A stretch of 44,690 nucleotides of DNA from Candidatus Berkelbacteria bacterium CG_4_10_14_0_2_um_filter_35_9_33_12 (GTDB lineage Bacteria; Patescibacteriota; UBA1384; GWA2-35-9), in assembly GCA_002793435.1 (NCBI GenBank), contig PFQF01000031.1, positions 1 through 44,690 on the forward strand, read 5' to 3'. Each line of letters begins with the position of its first letter. Positions within the stretch are counted from its first letter, which is position 1. The position numbers were made by a program, and so were the translations under genes. Shown here piece after piece: positions 41,011-44,690 of this stretch. The notes beneath the pieces are model-generated. The model made no database searches and had not been told where the DNA came from. It saw nothing but the letters and a program-made list of their open reading frames with translations.

Positions 41011-44000
41011 CGGGAGTTAAGCTTACTGGCGCTATCAAAAGTTTTGTGTCTGGTTGGTTAGTTTTGATCCAAAAACCTTGATATTTAGCTAGCGTATCGC
41101 CAGGCACAAGAGAAATATAATTACTGGTAGCTGAATTAATCGCATAAGCTTGTGTAATGTATGCCTCAGAAATAGCATCTGAAATTGTAGCAATCCTATT
41201 ACCGATTTTGACGAATATATGGCTATCATCGTAACTAATAGCGGTTGAATATGGGTTACCTACCATTGTCCAAGCCGAAGCATTAAGCGGAATTTCAAAA
41301 GCGTGAGCTTGAGTGGTTGATAGGGTCTGGATTCTTGAAACATTATCTGAGACATCGGCAACTCGATCTTTTTCCGACAGGATAAATGAGCTTGCGCCTA
41401 GCCCAACTGGACTTGAAGATGCATATTGATCCTCGTAACTGTTAATTGAATTTTTGTACCAATACATATGGGGCAAATAAATTGTTTCGTCAATTCTAAA
41501 CAATCCGGTAAATCTCGAAATTGCACTATTGATTGGAGTTGCTTCGTATGCTAAGGATAGCATATTCCAACCTTTTTTTAACGGGATATTTTTAACCAAC
41601 GATGTGAATATGCTTGAAGTTGGATAGTTATAAGTCGTATTCTGCCCATTAATATCCGGACCAGCTTGATCAGGAGCAGTTGTTGGAGTAGTAGCTGAGC
41701 TAGTTATTCCGACATTACTTACAGCATACACATATGATTCAGTTATATTATATGTTACTTTAACTTGAACTTTTGCAGTCCCTAATTTCTCACCCTTAAT
41801 AGTTACTTTATTGGTGTTAGTAGCTCCAACAAAAGATATGTTAGTATTGTTATCTAATATTGTCCAATCGTAACTCAAATTATCAACAAGGGGATTACTA
41901 TCTGTGTCCTTAGCACTAGTCGTAATTTCAGCGGTATTGCCCAAAACAACACCAATATCATTGACCAATGCCGATCCAATCTGTCGTGGCGAGGTAACCG
42001 TTAGTTGTGGGCTTTGTTGGCTCGGTATAGTTTTATTGTTATAGGTTGCGTTGGTTGCAATTTTACTAGTTTTATTCCATCCTAACATTGTAACTTTAAT
42101 CTCATTTTCTGAAATTCTGTCAACTTTAATACTTGAAGCGCCATCAGTCGGTGTAAAGTTAAATGTTGCCCCCAAAGGATTACTAGTACTTTTTGGCAAA
42201 ATTTGATTTGTATTTTCATCATAAGCAATGATAGTAAAGTTAGTCGTTCCATCTTTGTTTATAACGGCGCTGGTCTTGTTTTCCAACATACCAACACTGG
42301 ATATTGTCTGTAACACTTTAATGATTGGGCTTGGAGATTGATTTGGTTGACCTGTGCTTATGCCAGACGCACCTTCGTAGCTGACAGTAAGACTGAGTGT
42401 GTTAGTAGTATCTACTGTGTTGGCTTTGACTGTTACAGTATCAGTGGTTGGATTTGTCAATGTTAGATTTGTATTAGTCGACCAAATATATGTTAAACCG
42501 GCTGTACCATTCATTGTCCCACCATCTTGATCTTTGGCGATTACTTTATATGTTGCAGTTTGATCTTTGGTCAAAATACCATTTGTTAGGGGGTTAGTTG
42601 TTTCACTAACTGTTATTGTAGTTAATCTTTTTGGAATTTTAACATATATTTCTTTAGTAATCTTATTGGCAATATTAACTTTATCAGTTACCACTACCAT
42701 AATTTTGCTAGTCGTACCAATAGCTTTAGCCGTAACATTAGCGGTGTTATTATTTGATGTCAGCAAGATGTTAGTTGGACTGTCAGTTGAATTCCAGCTA
42801 TATTCAACATTTGAATAATTAGCTCCTCTTTGATCTTTGGATTGAGCGGAAAAGCTTTGATTGGCTAATTTTTCAATTATAATCGGATTCATTGTACTGC
42901 CTGCGGGAGAAATATCAACGCTGCTTAAAATCGAAGGCGTTGGAGGTATGGTCGGAGTTGCGGTTGTAGTTGAAGCTGGTGGGGGTGAGGCTGGAATAAC
43001 TGTGACCCCAACTGTTCCTGATCGACTAATTCCTCTGTAAGATGCTGTTAATGTTATTGTGGCAAAAGTTTGAGTTGTTACGCTATTAGCTTTAATATTG
43101 ACTTCCCTACCACTACCGATAACTTCAGCCACTGTCTGTTTATCGCTCTTCCAATCGTAACTAATTTCATTTGAAGTGTTTGGTACTCCATTGATTGAAG
43201 CTGTTGCAGTTAATTTTCCACTGTTTCCAGAAACAAGTGCTAACGAAGACGGACTAATTGCCATTGTAATAACAGGTATAACTACTCCACCGCCAGTAGT
43301 GGTTGTTGTCGTCTGTGGTTTAGCGTTAACTGTAATCGATGAGTTTCCATTATGCGAGAAGTTGTTGGCATCAGTCGCTTTAACGGTTAAACTACTTGTC
43401 TTAGTCGATGTCAAGTTTTTAGCAATAACTTTTACTGTACTAGAAGTCGTACTCCCAGAAGAAGTTATTACAGTTGCATCGCCAATTGTCCATTGATAAC
43501 TTATTCCGCTTGTTACGGCTCTTCCCGCTGAATCTTGCGCAATCGCTGTGAAAGTCTTTTCTTCACCATTATTCATAGTGGCGCTTGACGGTGTAACGAT
43601 TACAGAAGTAAACGATTCGTTTGGTGGTAGATTCTTAATCGTCAATGTTACTGGGGCTGAAGACACCACCGTTGTTCCGCTGGTTACAATTAAATTAACT
43701 TTACTAGTAACTTCAGCTGTTCTAGTGTTTTTCCCAATAATGGTCGCTTCCGGACCGGTTGCGTTATTGATCGTAATATTACTTGCGCCTTCGATCGCTT
43801 CCCATTTATAAGTTAACCCAACTCGATTTATATATTCAGCGCCAAATTGATCGAGCAGTTTTGAGGTGGCTGAAACCGAATCACCCGAATTAAAGGTGGT
43901 TGATGGCACTACAGTTATATTGACTGTCTTCAAAACCTGCGGGATTGTGATTGGATAAGATAATAACAGATCTGTTTGTTTAGCAACTGAAAAGTTTTTT

Positions 44001-44690
44001 GCGGCGTCTAAACGATTGATGTAATTAATATCAACCGCATAAACATTAGCATTTTTAGGATCAACTTGATCATTTAATCGATATTTTTTTCCTGATGGAC
44101 AAGTTATTACACCTGGGGTTAGCCCACTTGTTGTACACCATTCACCGTCAGTAATATAATTTTGGTTAGTTACTTTACTATTACACAAATACATAGTCAT
44201 TCCTATTGAAAAACTCTCATAGCAATAATCTAAATAATAGGGATACTGTGCTTGCAAACTAGTTTTGGTAGTTTTTCCCCTTAGAACGAATGGATCGCCA
44301 ATATTTTGCACTCCTTTAGCAGTTTGGTTTGGAACTGTGTATTTCAAAGGTATGGAAATGTCTAATTTGTAATCATTAACCGTTGTATTTGTGCTTGGAA
44401 CTGGAATCGTAAATTCTGTAACTACTTTACCTTCTGGCAATACTGACAAGGATGTTGAATTGGCATTTGAATTTAATTTAGCGATTTCAACATCTTGAAG
44501 AGCTGTTTTTGATATTGGATTGTAGGGAAAAGCAATGTACGGATTTTTTACTGAATCACTTGGCGGGATAATTGTATATTTTAACACATCAGCTAAAGGA
44601 GCGTGTCGTATAATTTCTTTTTGAGTCCAATTTTGAAATGCGCCCATTTTTACTTCTTCACTTTTAATATAGACAAATTCTTCACTCTGC
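41003..44690 (-). CDS. very large surface protein with many bacterial Ig-like (Big_2-type) repeats; the 5' end probably lies outside the window
   Basis: The track gives 41003-44647 (1214 aa), but the frame has no stop upstream to the window edge (...QSEEFVYIKSEEVKMGAFQ). At least 8 repeats of about 85-95 aa follow the pattern V.V.P....M..G....F.A.A.D..G......Y.W. Thr/Pro-rich linkers are present, and the C-terminal domain has GWNMLS / WTMVGNPY / YQGFWIK motifs. Confidence 0.75.
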   Translation of the reverse strand, partial: QSEEFVYIKSEEVKMGAFQNWTQKEIIRHAPLADVLKYTIIPPSDSVKNPYIAFPYNPISKTALQDVEIAKLNSNANSTSLSVLPEGKVVTEFTIPVPSTNTTVNDYKLDISIPLKYTVPNQTAKGVQNIGDPFVLRGKTTKTSLQAQYPYYLDYCYESFSIGMTMYLCNSKVTNQNYITDGEWCTTSGLTPGVITCPSGKKYRLNDQVDPKNANVYAVDINYINRLDAAKNFSVAKQTDLLLSYPITIPQVLKTVNITVVPSTTFNSGDSVSATSKLLDQFGAEYINRVGLTYKWEAIEGASNITINNATGPEATIIGKNTRTAEVTSKVNLIVTSGTTVVSSAPVTLTIKNLPPNESFTSVIVTPSSATMNNGEEKTFTAIAQDSAGRAVTSGISYQWTIGDATVITSSGSTTSSTVKVIAKNLTSTKTSSLTVKATDANNFSHNGNSSITVNAKPQTTTTTTGGGVVIPVITMAISPSSLALVSGNSGKLTATASINGVPNTSNEISYDWKSDKQTVAEVIGSGREVNIKANSVTTQTFATITLTASYRGISRSGTVGVTVIPASPPPASTTTATPTIPPTPSILSSVDISPAGSTMNPIIIEKLANQSFSAQSKDQRGANYSNVEYSWNSTDSPTNILLTSNNNTANVTAKAIGTTSKIMVVVTDKVNIANKITKEIYVKIPKRLTTITVSETTNPLTNGILTKDQTATYKVIAKDQDGGTMNGTAGLTYIWSTNTNLTLTNPTTDTVTVKANTVDTTNTLSLTVSYEGASGISTGQPNQSPSPIIKVLQTISSVGMLENKTSAVINKDGTTNFTIIAYDENTNQILPKSTSNPLGATFNFTPTDGASSIKVDRISENEIKVTMLGWNKTSKIATNATYNNKTIPSQQSPQLTVTSPRQIGSALVNDIGVVLGNTAEITTSAKDTDSNPLVDNLSYDWTILDNNTNISFVGATNTNKVTIKGEKLGTAKVQVKVTYNITESYVYAVSNVGITSSATTPTTAPDQAGPDINGQNTTYNYPTSSIFTSLVKNIPLKKGWNMLSLAYEATPINSAISRFTGLFRIDETIYLPHMYWYKNSINSYEDQYASSSPVGLGASSFILSEKDRVADVSDNVSRIQTLSTTQAHAFEIPLNASAWTMVGNPYSTAISYDDSHIFVKIGNRIATISDAISEAYITQAYAINSATSNYISLVPGDTLAKYQGFWIKTNQPDTKLLIAPVSLTPAN

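Noticed and set aside
1-44690. Alternative genetic code (TGA recoded, as in some candidate phyla)
   Set aside because: Conserved genes such as argS, murC/D/G, mraY, clpP and eno are full length in the standard code. Several well-aligned ORFs, including the dpnI-like gene, end at TGA at the expected C terminus.

Overview
AT-rich (about 30% GC by eye, not computed), tightly packed bacterial chromosome segment read in the standard genetic code. TGA works as a stop and conserved proteins are intact. The small or trimmed housekeeping proteins and the reduced dcw cluster resemble a reduced-genome lineage such as Patescibacteria/CPR; that is inference only. Main blocks, left to right: (1) a minus-strand array of tRNA-Thr(GGU), tRNA-Tyr, tRNA-Thr(UGU), rpmG and tRNA-Trp, split by a ~2.9 kb accessory islet (about 1204-4147). 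(2) Housekeeping genes: holB-like, rpmB, an M50 protease, a beta-CASP RNase, argS, PBP1A and recJ. (3) A reduced dcw cluster on the minus strand: mraZ, ftsL, ftsI, murF-like, mraY, a 770 bp insert, murD, ftsW, murG, murC, eno, ftsQ. (4) tig-clpP. (5) A surface-polysaccharide locus at 33.1-39.4 kb. (6) mutM and recO. (7) A surface protein of more than 1200 aa with Ig-like repeats that runs off the right edge. The most interesting region is the islet. It holds one six-gene operon: a C-protein-like HTH regulator, a 60-aa stump of a DpnA-like N6-adenine methyltransferase, a DpnI-like methyl-directed restriction enzyme, then a coupled trio of a 55-aa protein, a GHKL-ATPase-like protein and a DUF4325/STAS-like protein. 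The operon is bracketed by a long inverted repeat that folds into conserved hairpins with C-rich (CCUCC) loops. The islet is bounded by a decayed copy of the tRNA-Tyr 3' end and contains no integrase. Other oddities: a GC-rich structured spacer where rsmH normally sits, an ATT-initiated eno inside the dcw cluster, an orphan insert with a 39-bp tandem repeat between mraY and murD, a glycosyltransferase frameshifted at an A6 tract, and an (AG)7 tract in a 5' UTR. All calls rest on reading the sequence and ORF track and on remembered family motifs. No database search was run.
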